Of a DNA stretch of 64,000 bases, positions 29,960-38,805 are shown piece by piece (the first letter of the stretch is position 1; each line of letters starts with the position of its first letter). Under the pieces are notes generated by a model that did no database searches, was not told the DNA's origin, and saw only the letters and a list, made by a program, of their open reading frames with translations. The DNA is from Polyangiales bacterium. GTDB taxonomy: Bacteria > Myxococcota_A > Polyangia > Polyangiales > Ga0077539. Where the stretch lies: positions 128,001 through 192,000 of the forward strand of contig JBGARZ010000016.1 of the NCBI GenBank assembly GCA_044229975.1, given 5' to 3'. The position numbers and the translations under genes were made by a program.

Positions 29960-32131
29960 ATGTCGCGCCAACTCTCCCTCGCGCTCGCCGCGCTGTTCGT
30001 CGCGCTCCTCTTCACACCTGCCGCCCACGCCCAGGCGCCCGCCGCCGCGCCCGGCTCGTGGGCCTCGCAGCTCGACGAGCTCACCCGCTGGGTCGAGACC
30101 CACCGCGGACCCGAAGCGTGCACCGAGCGCTGCTTCGCGCTCACCCGCGTGCGCATCACCGGCTCGCTCGAACCAGGTCCCCTCCAGTTCGAGCTCGAAG
30201 GCGCCGTGCTCGCCCCCGGTACCGTCACCATCCCCCTCTTCGGTCCGCCCGGCCGCGTGCGCCTCGACAACGTCACCCAGGATGGCACACCCGCCGCCGT
30301 CAGCTTCGACGATGAGGCGTACTTCGTCCGCACCGCCGCGCGCCGCTTCGTCATCCGCGGCTCGCTCGCCCTTCTCGACGAGCTCGCCCTCACCATCCCC
30401 GGCCCCCTCAACCTCCTCGACGCCGAGGTCACCGGCGCCCGCGTCGTCGAGGGCGCCCACCTCGCGGGCCTCTCCAACGCCACCCTGCACTTCGACCGCG
30501 GCGTCCCCGCAGCGCCCACCGCTGGACCGACGGTCTACCAGCGCTCCCACGCCGTCCGCGTCGGTCGCGAGATCGGCTTCACCGACCGCGTCGTCCTCCA
30601 GTCCGGAACCGACCTCGGCGTCGTCAGCCTCCCGCTGCGCAACGGCGAGCGCGTGCTCGACGTCAACGGCGCCGTCGGCTGGCGCCAGGAGGGCACGGCC
30701 CTGTTGCTCCCCACCGTCGGTCGCTCGGCCGATGTCACCATCACCGGGACGCTCCCCTCCGTCGGGAGCTTCGAGCCCGACCCGCGCTCGGAGTACGAGT
30801 GGTGGCTGCTTGAGTCCGACGCCGAGCACCGCCTCACCGTCACCGGCGACGCCCGGCAGATCGACGCCGCCGAGTCGCCCATCCCGCGCACCATGGCGGG
30901 CGCGCGGCTCTACCTCGTCGAGCGCGGACACCACCTCGCCGTCGCCGTTGAGACGCTGCACAGCCTCGACGCGCTCGCGGCCGTCGTCCATGCCCACCGC
31001 CGCACGACGGTGCTCACCCGCCGCGGCGACCTCGTCTCCGACGACGCCATCACCTACGAGAACAACGGCATCGATTTCCTCACCCTCGACCCACGGGCCC
31101 GCCCCATCTACCTGGCCACCGACGGGACCGCCGAACGCATCATGCACGCCGACCAGGGCGCTCGTGAGGTGCTGGTCTCGCTGCGCAACGGCCGCCACAA
31201 CGTGCGCGTCCAGACCCTCGGCACCGCGTCCCTTGCGCTCTTCGGTGGCTCCTTCGAGGTGCCGACCCCGACCTACCGTTTGACGGCTAGCCGCGTGACG
31301 GTGGACGTCGGGTTCCCCGCCTTCGTGACGCCGTTGGCGGTGCTCGGAGGAGACCGCGCGTGGCTCGCCTTCAACCTCGACGACCTGCTCGCGGTGCTCT
31401 TCGCGCTCGGCCTCGGTTGGGCGCTCGAACGCGACGCCGCCCGCCGTGTGCTGCTCGGCGCGGTCATCGCAGGAACGTGGTTCGTGTCAGGTGCACTCTA
31501 CGCGGTGGCGATCCTGGGCGCGGCCGTGTGGGTGCTCCGCGGGCTGATCTTCCGTCGGCGCTCGCTCGCGAGAACCGCGGTGTACTGCGCCGTGGCGGCC
31601 ATCGTCGCGATCGGCGTCGGGAGCATCGTCGCCACCAGCCGCAGCACGCGAGGACCGGTGATGACCAATGTCGCGCCCATCGTCGCGACGGTTCCGCAGG
31701 TGCAGTCGCGGGCGACGCCCGGCACCGAGACTTGCAACAACCTGGACGACGACTGCAACGGGGCGGTCGACGACGGCAACGGTCGCCTCGACAACAACAA
31801 CAATCCCCTCCAGCGCACGGGGCGTGGGCTCCTCAACGCCTACCAGGCGGTCACCGACAGCGCCGCCATGGTGCAGGGCGTGACGCCCGTCGCCATCACC
31901 CTGCCCGCGTACGAGCGGGTGGTGGGCGTCTCGCGCGAGCTCGTCACCCGCGAGCGTCCGTTTCACCCGCACGTGCTCTACGTGACCTCGTGGACCACCG
32001 GGCTCCTCGGCTTCACCTGGGCGCTGCTCGTTCTGCTTCTGGCGCGCTCGCACCGTGAGGCGCTCACCCGCTGGAGCGCCGCGCTGCGCGACCGCCTGCG
32101 CGTCGAAGAGGCGCCCGCGGAGACCCCATGA
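29960..32131 (+). CDS. Large secreted/membrane hypothetical protein with C-terminal TM helices and one Cys/Asp repeat
   Basis: Signal peptide, beta-rich body, several hydrophobic segments, 'ETCNNLDDDCNGAVDDG'. Confidence 0.75.
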   Translation: MSRQLSLALAALFVALLFTPAAHAQAPAAAPGSWASQLDELTRWVETHRGPEACTERCFALTRVRITGSLEPGPLQFELEGAVLAPGTVTIPLFGPPGRVRLDNVTQDGTPAAVSFDDEAYFVRTAARRFVIRGSLALLDELALTIPGPLNLLDAEVTGARVVEGAHLAGLSNATLHFDRGVPAAPTAGPTVYQRSHAVRVGREIGFTDRVVLQSGTDLGVVSLPLRNGERVLDVNGAVGWRQEGTALLLPTVGRSADVTITGTLPSVGSFEPDPRSEYEWWLLESDAEHRLTVTGDARQIDAAESPIPRTMAGARLYLVERGHHLAVAVETLHSLDALAAVVHAHRRTTVLTRRGDLVSDDAITYENNGIDFLTLDPRARPIYLATDGTAERIMHADQGAREVLVSLRNGRHNVRVQTLGTASLALFGGSFEVPTPTYRLTASRVTVDVGFPAFVTPLAVLGGDRAWLAFNLDDLLAVLFALGLGWALERDAARRVLLGAVIAGTWFVSGALYAVAILGAAVWVLRGLIFRRRSLARTAVYCAVAAIVAIGVGSIVATSRSTRGPVMTNVAPIVATVPQVQSRATPGTETCNNLDDDCNGAVDDGNGRLDNNNNPLQRTGRGLLNAYQAVTDSAAMVQGVTPVAITLPAYERVVGVSRELVTRERPFHPHVLYVTSWTTGLLGFTWALLVLLLARSHREALTRWSAALRDRLRVEEAPAETP

Positions 32132-33126
32132 AGGCCGCCCTCTTCCACCAGTACGGCGACGCCGACGTGATGCGCGTCGAGGACGTCGCCGACCCGACGC
32201 CCGGCCCGCGTGACGTGCTCGTCCGTGTCCACGCGGCGAGCGTCAACCCGGTCGATTGCAAGATCCGCTCGGGGGCCCAGCGCGCGGTCATCCACTACCG
32301 CCTGCCGCAGATCACCGCGATGGACGTCTCGGGCGAGGTCATCGCCGTCGGCGATCGGGTCACCCGCTTCAAGGTCGGCGACGCCGTCATCTCTTCCCCG
32401 ACACACCGCCGACCCGGGACCTGCGCCGAGCTCGTCGCCATCGACGAGTCCGCGGTAGCGCTCAAGCCCGCTCGACTCGACCACTTCCAGGCCGCGGCGC
32501 TCCCGCTCGCGGGGCTCACCGCGTGGGCCTCGCTGGTCGACGCCATGCGTGTGCACTCGGGCCATCACGTCTTCATCCAGGCAGGCGCCGGCGGCGTCGG
32601 AACCATCGCCATCCAACTGGCGAAGCACCTCGGCGCGGAGGTCGCCACGACGTGCAGCGCGCGCAACGTGGACTTCGTTCGCTCGCTCGGGGCCGACCGG
32701 GTAATCGACTACAACGTCGAGCGCTACGAGCAGGTGCTGGGCGAGCAGGACTCGGTGCTGGAGTCCATCGGCGGAGAAGCCAACGCGCGCTCGCTCGCGG
32801 TGCTCAAGCGCGGCGGCCGGATGTCACTGGTGGTGAGCGGCATCCCCGAGGCGGTGAAGAAGCACGGCGCGTACGGCGGCGTGGCGAGGGCCATCGCGGC
32901 GCAGGCGGGCTACATCGTGGGCGCTTGGTGGCACAAGCGCGTGGTGGTGAAGATGGTCGTCCGGCCGACCGACGGGGCGATGCTGCAACGGCTCGCAGAC
33001 GTCGTGGAGTCGGGGGCGGTGACGCCGGTGGTGGACGCGGTGCTGCCGCTCGCCGACATCGCCGAGGCGCACCGTCGCGTGGAGTCGGGGCGCACCCGCG
33101 GGAAGATCGTCATCCAGCTTCGCTGA
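32128..33126 (+). CDS. NADP-dependent oxidoreductase (MDR/quinone oxidoreductase family)
   Basis: 'VHAASVNPVD', 'AGAGGVG', 'GRTRGKIVI'; ATGA coupling to the upstream gene. Confidence 0.9.
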   Translation: MKAALFHQYGDADVMRVEDVADPTPGPRDVLVRVHAASVNPVDCKIRSGAQRAVIHYRLPQITAMDVSGEVIAVGDRVTRFKVGDAVISSPTHRRPGTCAELVAIDESAVALKPARLDHFQAAALPLAGLTAWASLVDAMRVHSGHHVFIQAGAGGVGTIAIQLAKHLGAEVATTCSARNVDFVRSLGADRVIDYNVERYEQVLGEQDSVLESIGGEANARSLAVLKRGGRMSLVVSGIPEAVKKHGAYGGVARAIAAQAGYIVGAWWHKRVVVKMVVRPTDGAMLQRLADVVESGAVTPVVDAVLPLADIAEAHRRVESGRTRGKIVIQLR

Positions 33127-34822
33127 GCGCGAACCCCAGCAGCGTGAGGTCGTCGGGCAGCGGTGCTCCGCCGCGGAAACGATCGAGCTCCGTGACGGTC
33201 GCGCGCATCGCGTCGGCGAGCTCACCGGGCGCGCCGAGCAACGCCAGCACGGACGCTTCATCGAGGCGTACGCCCGACGGGGACCACTGCTCGACGAGGC
33301 CATCGGTGTACGCAAAGAGCCGGTCGCCCGCGAGCAGCGGGGCCTCGCGGTCGGCGTAGTCGGCGGCGACGGTCATCCCCACGAAGCTGCCGGGCTCGTA
33401 CAGCTCCACCACCTCCGCGCGGCGCAACACCACCAGCGGGAGCTGTCCCGCGTTGGCGTAGCGGAGGCGCCAGCCCGCGGCCTCGGGGACGAGGTCGAAG
33501 CAGCACGCCGAAAAGCGCATCTGCCGGTCGGGGTGCATCGCGACGGCGTCGGCGTTGATGCGCGCGAGCAGCGCGGCGGGCGTCGCGGCGACAGCCTTGT
33601 GGCGCTCGTAGAGGGTCTTCACCACCATCGTTCGCAGGCTCGCCTGAACCCCGTGGCCCACCGTGTCGGCGAGAAACACCCGCAGTCCCCCGCCCGGCCT
33701 CGCGGCCACGTCGTAGAGGTCGCCGCCCACCACCTCCGCGGGCTCGTAGCAGGCGTGCACCGTGACGCCCGACGCCAGCGCGCGAACGTCCGCCATCGCC
33801 GGGAGCATCGCCCGCTGGAAGGCGCTGGCCTCGCGCAGGTCGGCGTCGATCACGGCGCGTCGCGTCTCCAGCTCGCGCAGCGCCTCGCGCAGCCGTTGGT
33901 CGGCGGCGCGGCGCTCGCTGATGTCACGGATGATCCCGCTGTAGAACGACGCCTCCCCGACGCTCCAGCGCGCGAGCGACAGCTCGACGGGGAAGAGCGT
34001 CCCGTCGCGGCGGATGCCTTCGAGCTCCACGGTGCGCCCCAGCACCCGCGGCGGCGCTCCCTCGCGCTGGCGGGCGATGCCGCGCTCGTGCGCTTCGTTG
34101 TAGGCGGGCGGGACGATGCGCGCGAGGGGCTGCCCGATGATGTCGGCCTCGGTGTAGCCGAACATGCCTTCGGCGGCGCGGTTCCAGAAGGTGATGCGGC
34201 CGTCGAGGTCGGCGCTCACGATGGCGTCGTTGGCCGAGCGCGCCACGGCCTGGAAGCGGCTCTCGGACTCGCGCAGCGCGGCGATGGTCCACTGCCGCTC
34301 GATGGCGTGGCCGAGCTCGCGGCCGATGATCTCCGCCGCGTCGCGCAGCGCGGCGTCGATGTCCGCGCCCTCCTCGGACGACGTGAAGAACTCCAGCACC
34401 GCCACCACCCGCGCGCCCGCCAGCACCGGAAACGCGAAGCCCGTCGTCACCTCGATGCCCGGGAAGTGCTTCGCCCGCGGGAAGTCCGGCTGGCTCGCGA
34501 GGTGGTCCATGAGCACGGCGCGCCCGCTGCTCATCACCCGACCCGGCAGGCCCCGGCCGGGCTCCAGTCGGGTGGACTCCGTCGCCTCACGGAAGCGCGC
34601 GAAGCGATCGAGGTCGTCGGAGCACCACACCCGCGCGGACACGAGCTCGCCGGTGCCGTCCTCGGCCAGTACGTATGCGTGCCCGAGGGGCCAGCCCAGG
34701 CCCGCGCGCACGCCTCGCAGCGCCGCGCGGAGGATCTCCTGCACCGACGTCGCCGCCTGGGCCGCGAGCAACGAATCCTTCAACACGCGGCGTGCGCGCC
34801 GCTCCTGCGTCAGTTCATCCAT
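33110..34822 (-). CDS. GAF-PAS-SpoIIE (PP2C) phosphatase, RsbU-like
   Basis: GAF and PAS domains ('FWNRAAEGMFGY'), 'VGGDLYD', 'LADTVGHG', 'YTDGLVE', 'DDLTL'. Confidence 0.9.
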   Translation of the reverse strand: MDELTQERRARRVLKDSLLAAQAATSVQEILRAALRGVRAGLGWPLGHAYVLAEDGTGELVSARVWCSDDLDRFARFREATESTRLEPGRGLPGRVMSSGRAVLMDHLASQPDFPRAKHFPGIEVTTGFAFPVLAGARVVAVLEFFTSSEEGADIDAALRDAAEIIGRELGHAIERQWTIAALRESESRFQAVARSANDAIVSADLDGRITFWNRAAEGMFGYTEADIIGQPLARIVPPAYNEAHERGIARQREGAPPRVLGRTVELEGIRRDGTLFPVELSLARWSVGEASFYSGIIRDISERRAADQRLREALRELETRRAVIDADLREASAFQRAMLPAMADVRALASGVTVHACYEPAEVVGGDLYDVAARPGGGLRVFLADTVGHGVQASLRTMVVKTLYERHKAVAATPAALLARINADAVAMHPDRQMRFSACCFDLVPEAAGWRLRYANAGQLPLVVLRRAEVVELYEPGSFVGMTVAADYADREAPLLAGDRLFAYTDGLVEQWSPSGVRLDEASVLALLGAPGELADAMRATVTELDRFRGGAPLPDDLTLLGFALSEAG

Positions 34823-34865
34823 CGGTGGGGCGATGAAAGCCGATCGACCCCTCGGCTGTCGATGG

Positions 34866-35879
34866 TCAACCGCCGTGACCGAGCGCCTGCGCGACCCGCT
34901 CGAAGGAGCGCATCCGCTCGGCGTGGTCGGCCGCGAAGGTGGTCACCATCACCTCGTCGGCCTGCGTGAGCGCCACCAGCGACTCGACCCGCGCCCGCAC
35001 CGTGTCGGGCGTCCCGATGATCTGCGCCGCGCGGATGCCCTCCACCGCCGCCGCCTCGGCCGAGGAGAAGACGTACGCGCGCGCCTCGGCGTCGTTGAGC
35101 AGCCGCGAGGGCCTGCCCGTCCGCAGCCGCGCGAAGGCCACGAGCGTCGGGATGGCCATGCGCTCGGCGTCTTCCACCGTGTCGGCGCAGAAGATCGAGA
35201 GCGCCAGGATGGCGTGCGGCTTGTCGATGGCGCCGGGCTTGAAGCGCCGCCGGTACGCGAGCATGGGAGCTTCGGGCGAGGCGGGGCTGAAGTGCGCCGC
35301 GAAGGCGAAGCCGCGGCCGATCTCCGCCGCGAGGTGGGCGGAGTAGTCGCTCGACCCGAGGAGCCAGACGGGCGGCAGGGGGACGTCGTCGGGCTGCGCG
35401 GCGACGGTGGCGAAGGGATGCCCGCGGGGGAAGCTACGGTCGCCGCAGAACCCGAGGAGCTCGGCGAGCTGGGCGGGGAAGTCGTCGGCGTAGACGGCCT
35501 CGCGCGAGCGGCGCAGGGCGAGGGCGGTGGTGGGGTCGGTGCCCGGGGCGCGGCCGAGGCCGAGGTCGACGCGGCCGGGGGCGAGGGCTTCGAGCAGGCG
35601 GTAGGACTCGGCGACCTTGAGGGGTGAGTGGTTGGGGAGCATCACGCCGCCCGACCCGAGGCGGATGCGGGTGGTGACCATGGCCGCGCGGGCGATCATG
35701 ATTTCGGGCGTGGTGCTCGCGATGGCGGGCATGTTGTGGTGTTCGGCGTACCAGACGCGGGAGTAGCCGAGGCGCTCGGCGTGCTGGACGAGCTCCAGGG
35801 AGTTGGCGAGCGCCTGCGCGCTGGTCATGCCGTTGGTGAGCGGGACGAGGTCGAGGACCGAGAGCGGCAGTGGGGTCAT
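34866..35879 (-). CDS. LLM-class (luciferase-like) flavin-dependent oxidoreductase
   Basis: 'LSVLDL', 'WYAEHH', 'GSGGVMLPNHSPLKVAE', 'DLGLGRAPG'. Confidence 0.92.
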   Translation of the reverse strand: MTPLPLSVLDLVPLTNGMTSAQALANSLELVQHAERLGYSRVWYAEHHNMPAIASTTPEIMIARAAMVTTRIRLGSGGVMLPNHSPLKVAESYRLLEALAPGRVDLGLGRAPGTDPTTALALRRSREAVYADDFPAQLAELLGFCGDRSFPRGHPFATVAAQPDDVPLPPVWLLGSSDYSAHLAAEIGRGFAFAAHFSPASPEAPMLAYRRRFKPGAIDKPHAILALSIFCADTVEDAERMAIPTLVAFARLRTGRPSRLLNDAEARAYVFSSAEAAAVEGIRAAQIIGTPDTVRARVESLVALTQADEVMVTTFAADHAERMRSFERVAQALGHGG

Positions 35880-35964
35880 TGGGAGGATGCGGGTTGTGAT
35901 CCCGCGCGTGCGGCAACGCCAGCCCTTCACTTCACCCGGGTCGAGGAACTAGTCTCCGCGCGCC

Positions 35965-36726
35965 ATGACGACGACGACGAAGCCCGCGTTTCTCAACTTC
36001 CGCGTCGACCACATGACGCTGCTCCTCCAGCCGGCGCTCTACAACGTGGCCTACGTGCTCTTCAAGACGGTGTTCGGCGTCGGCCCCGACGACCTCCTCT
36101 ACGACAAGCGCAAGGAGTGGGTGCCCGGCGAGGGCGAGCAGTCGATGACCTACGCGATGCGCCTCGGGCAGGGCGTCGACGACCCGAAGCTCACCAACAC
36201 CATCGTGGCGGTGGTGCAGCCCTCGGAGCCCGCCAACCAGCCGTCGCACGTCCGCACGATGCTCGACTCGCACTCGGCGGCGGCGCACTGGCAGCACATC
36301 GCGCTGCGCACGCCCGACCTGCTGGCCTTCCACCAGCACGCGCTGGAGCGCGGCGTGAACTTCATCACCCCCATCCTCAAGGACGACGAGGAGAACCTCA
36401 TCCAGGTGTTCAGCGGGGAGTGGTTCTTCCCGGGGACGAAGCCGAGCGGGATGTTCTTCGAGTTTCTCCAGCGCGACCCCAACGACCAGGTCGTCGCGCA
36501 GCTCGCGAGCCAGAACCGCAAGTGGTTCCGCGACGAGACCTTCATCGGGCTCTACGTGGAGAAGGAGCGCGAGTACCAGAGCGGCGACGTGAGGCCCTTC
36601 GTCGACGACGCCCTCTTCACGCAGCTCCGCGAGCTCATCGGAACCAAGAAGACCTGGGAGCTCGACGACGCCGTGCTGCGCGAGGCCGAGGCCCGCATGA
36701 TGGACTACGCGCGCTCCAGGCGCTGA
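35965..36726 (+). CDS. VOC-superfamily protein resembling the catalytic domain of 4-hydroxyphenylpyruvate dioxygenase
   Basis: 'VDHM', 'WQHIALRTPD', 'LIQVFS', 'FFEFLQR' (His/His/Glu pattern). Confidence 0.7.
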   Translation: MTTTTKPAFLNFRVDHMTLLLQPALYNVAYVLFKTVFGVGPDDLLYDKRKEWVPGEGEQSMTYAMRLGQGVDDPKLTNTIVAVVQPSEPANQPSHVRTMLDSHSAAAHWQHIALRTPDLLAFHQHALERGVNFITPILKDDEENLIQVFSGEWFFPGTKPSGMFFEFLQRDPNDQVVAQLASQNRKWFRDETFIGLYVEKEREYQSGDVRPFVDDALFTQLRELIGTKKTWELDDAVLREAEARMMDYARSRR

Positions 36727-36736
36727 CGCCGCCCGC

Positions 36737-38434
36737 TCACCGCACCCACAGCCCATAGAACTCCGTCCCCGCGCCCGGCGTGATCGCGTCCGAGCGGTCG
36801 TTGACGTCGGCCCCGCCTGCGCGCGGGCTGCACGCCGACCCGCTGCAAAACGCGCCCAACCCGGTGGGGTAGTCCACGTTGTCGCGGTAGCTCGTCGACA
36901 GGTACGTGCGGTCGCGGTTGGTGTCCTGCGCGCCGTCGGCCTCGCCCGCCTTCAGGTACAGCCGCGTGCGCGCGACGCCGTTGAGCAGCGCCGCGTCACC
37001 CGCCCTCGGCGTGGCGCTCGCGATGACGCACGCGTGGGTGCACTCCGGGTGGCGCGTGAACACCTCCGACCCGCCGCAGGTCCAGTCGAGGCGCGCGAGC
37101 GACGCCTGGAGCGACCGCCCCTGGAGGCACCCGTCGTCCGTCGCCAGCAGAAACTGGTTGCGGTGCGTCACCATCAACGCCCGCGCCTCCACGCTCACAA
37201 ACGCCGTCGAGCGGTAGTCCGCGTTGGCCGTCGGGTCGAGCGTTCCGAAGGTCGCGGTGGTGCTCTCCCACGCGTTGGGCATCGGGGAGGTCACGAGCCA
37301 GTGTCCCGTGTCGGCTGCGTCGCCGAGGTTGGTCACCGTGGCCACGTAGGTCCATCCGCCGCCAGCCGTGGTCATGTCGCAGTACACCTCGAAGGGCGCG
37401 CCCATCCCTGCGCCGTCGGGGTCGATGGTGTACCGACCGTCCGCTGATGATGGGCGCAGGGCCTTCTGTTCGAGGCAGCTCCGCGGGGGCGCGCAGCTCG
37501 ACCCGGCGCAGCGACCGGTGGCGCAGACCATCCCGCAGCCGCCACAGTTGCGCGCGTCGGTGCGGGTGTCCGCCTCGCAGCCGTTGGCGGGCGCCGCGTC
37601 GCAGTCGCCGAAGCCGACATCGCAGCTCGCCACGCCGCACGCACCCGCCGCGCATCGGGCCGTTGCGTGGGCGGGCGAGCACGTCAGCCCGCAGCCGCCG
37701 CAGTGGGCCGCGTCGGTGGTGAGATCGGTCTCGCAGCCGTTGGCGGGCATCCCATCGCAGTCGCCGAAGCCCGCCTCGCAGGCGACGACGCGGCAGGTCG
37801 AGGCGACGCACGCGGGCGTGGCGTGGGCGAGGGCGCAGGTGAGCCCGCACGCGCCGCAGTTGGCGGGCGAGGTGGTGGTGTCGACGCAGCGATCGACGCA
37901 GAGGACCTGACCGGATGGGCACTGGCAGGCGCCCGCGACGCAGGCGGCTCCCGCGGCGCAGCGGGTGTCGCAGTCGCCGCAGTGGAGGGCGTCGGTGGCG
38001 AAGGTCACGCACGACGCGCCGCAGAGGGACTGTCCCGCGGGGCAGGTGATGCGACAGGTGGAGGCGCCGCAGACCTCGCCGGGCTGGCAGGCGCGACCGC
38101 AGGCGCCGCAGTGGGCGGCGTCGCTGGTGGTGTCGACACAGCGGCCATCGCAGAGGGCCTGGGTGGCCGCGCAGGTGGGCGGGACATCGGCCGCGGGGAC
38201 ATCGGCCGCGGGGACATCGACGACATCGGGCAGGGAGGGGACATCGGGCGAGGGGACATCGAGCGGGGAGGGGACATCGGTGGGACCGAGGTCGAAGGAG
38301 CCAGCATCGAGGGTCGCAACATCGGGCGCGTCGGTGTCGGCATCGGTGGAGCCGCCGACGACGGTAAGGTTGCTGCTACACGCGCTGGCCAGCGCGAGGC
38401 TGACGGCGACGACGGCGAGGCGGGCGGGGCGCAT
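36737..38434 (-). CDS. Cys-rich repeat lipoprotein with fibrinogen-like C-terminal domain
   Basis: Lipobox ASAC, DVP repeats, 'HCGACG' repeats, 'DGRYTIDPDG..EVYCDMTTAGGGWT'. Confidence 0.85.
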   Translation of the reverse strand: MRPARLAVVAVSLALASACSSNLTVVGGSTDADTDAPDVATLDAGSFDLGPTDVPSPLDVPSPDVPSLPDVVDVPAADVPAADVPPTCAATQALCDGRCVDTTSDAAHCGACGRACQPGEVCGASTCRITCPAGQSLCGASCVTFATDALHCGDCDTRCAAGAACVAGACQCPSGQVLCVDRCVDTTTSPANCGACGLTCALAHATPACVASTCRVVACEAGFGDCDGMPANGCETDLTTDAAHCGGCGLTCSPAHATARCAAGACGVASCDVGFGDCDAAPANGCEADTRTDARNCGGCGMVCATGRCAGSSCAPPRSCLEQKALRPSSADGRYTIDPDGAGMGAPFEVYCDMTTAGGGWTYVATVTNLGDAADTGHWLVTSPMPNAWESTTATFGTLDPTANADYRSTAFVSVEARALMVTHRNQFLLATDDGCLQGRSLQASLARLDWTCGGSEVFTRHPECTHACVIASATPRAGDAALLNGVARTRLYLKAGEADGAQDTNRDRTYLSTSYRDNVDYPTGLGAFCSGSACSPRAGGADVNDRSDAITPGAGTEFYGLWVR

Positions 38435-38516
38435 GGCGACGGTGATGCACCCGTCGTTGGGGGACAGGCAATCTATCGGGCGTGGAAGGGGCCTCGCGTT
38501 CGGGGCCAGAGGAGAA

Positions 38517-38640
38517 GCCGCCAGGACGCAAGGGTCGCAAGGGGGGACGGAGGGATCTCACGATGGTTGTTGGGGCTCCGCGACATGACAGCGTCGGGGC
38601 CTGTCCATTCCGTTCCTTGCGACCCTCGCGCCCTGGCGGC
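38517..38640. repeat. Intergenic 26-bp inverted repeat (REP/MITE-like hairpin)
   Basis: 38517-38542 pairs with 38615-38640 with two mismatches. Confidence 0.8.
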
Positions 38641-38805
38641 CCCTTTCTGGTCACACACCGACGGGCACTGGGACCTCCGACGTCTCACTCCACGCGGCAG
38701 GCGTCCTCGAACGAGAGGCGCGGGTGGAGCTTCGTCGCGAGCGCCGGAGCATATCGCGGCGGGGTCACCGCGACGCCCGCTCGCCGCGGTACCGTCGCGC
38801 TCCGC

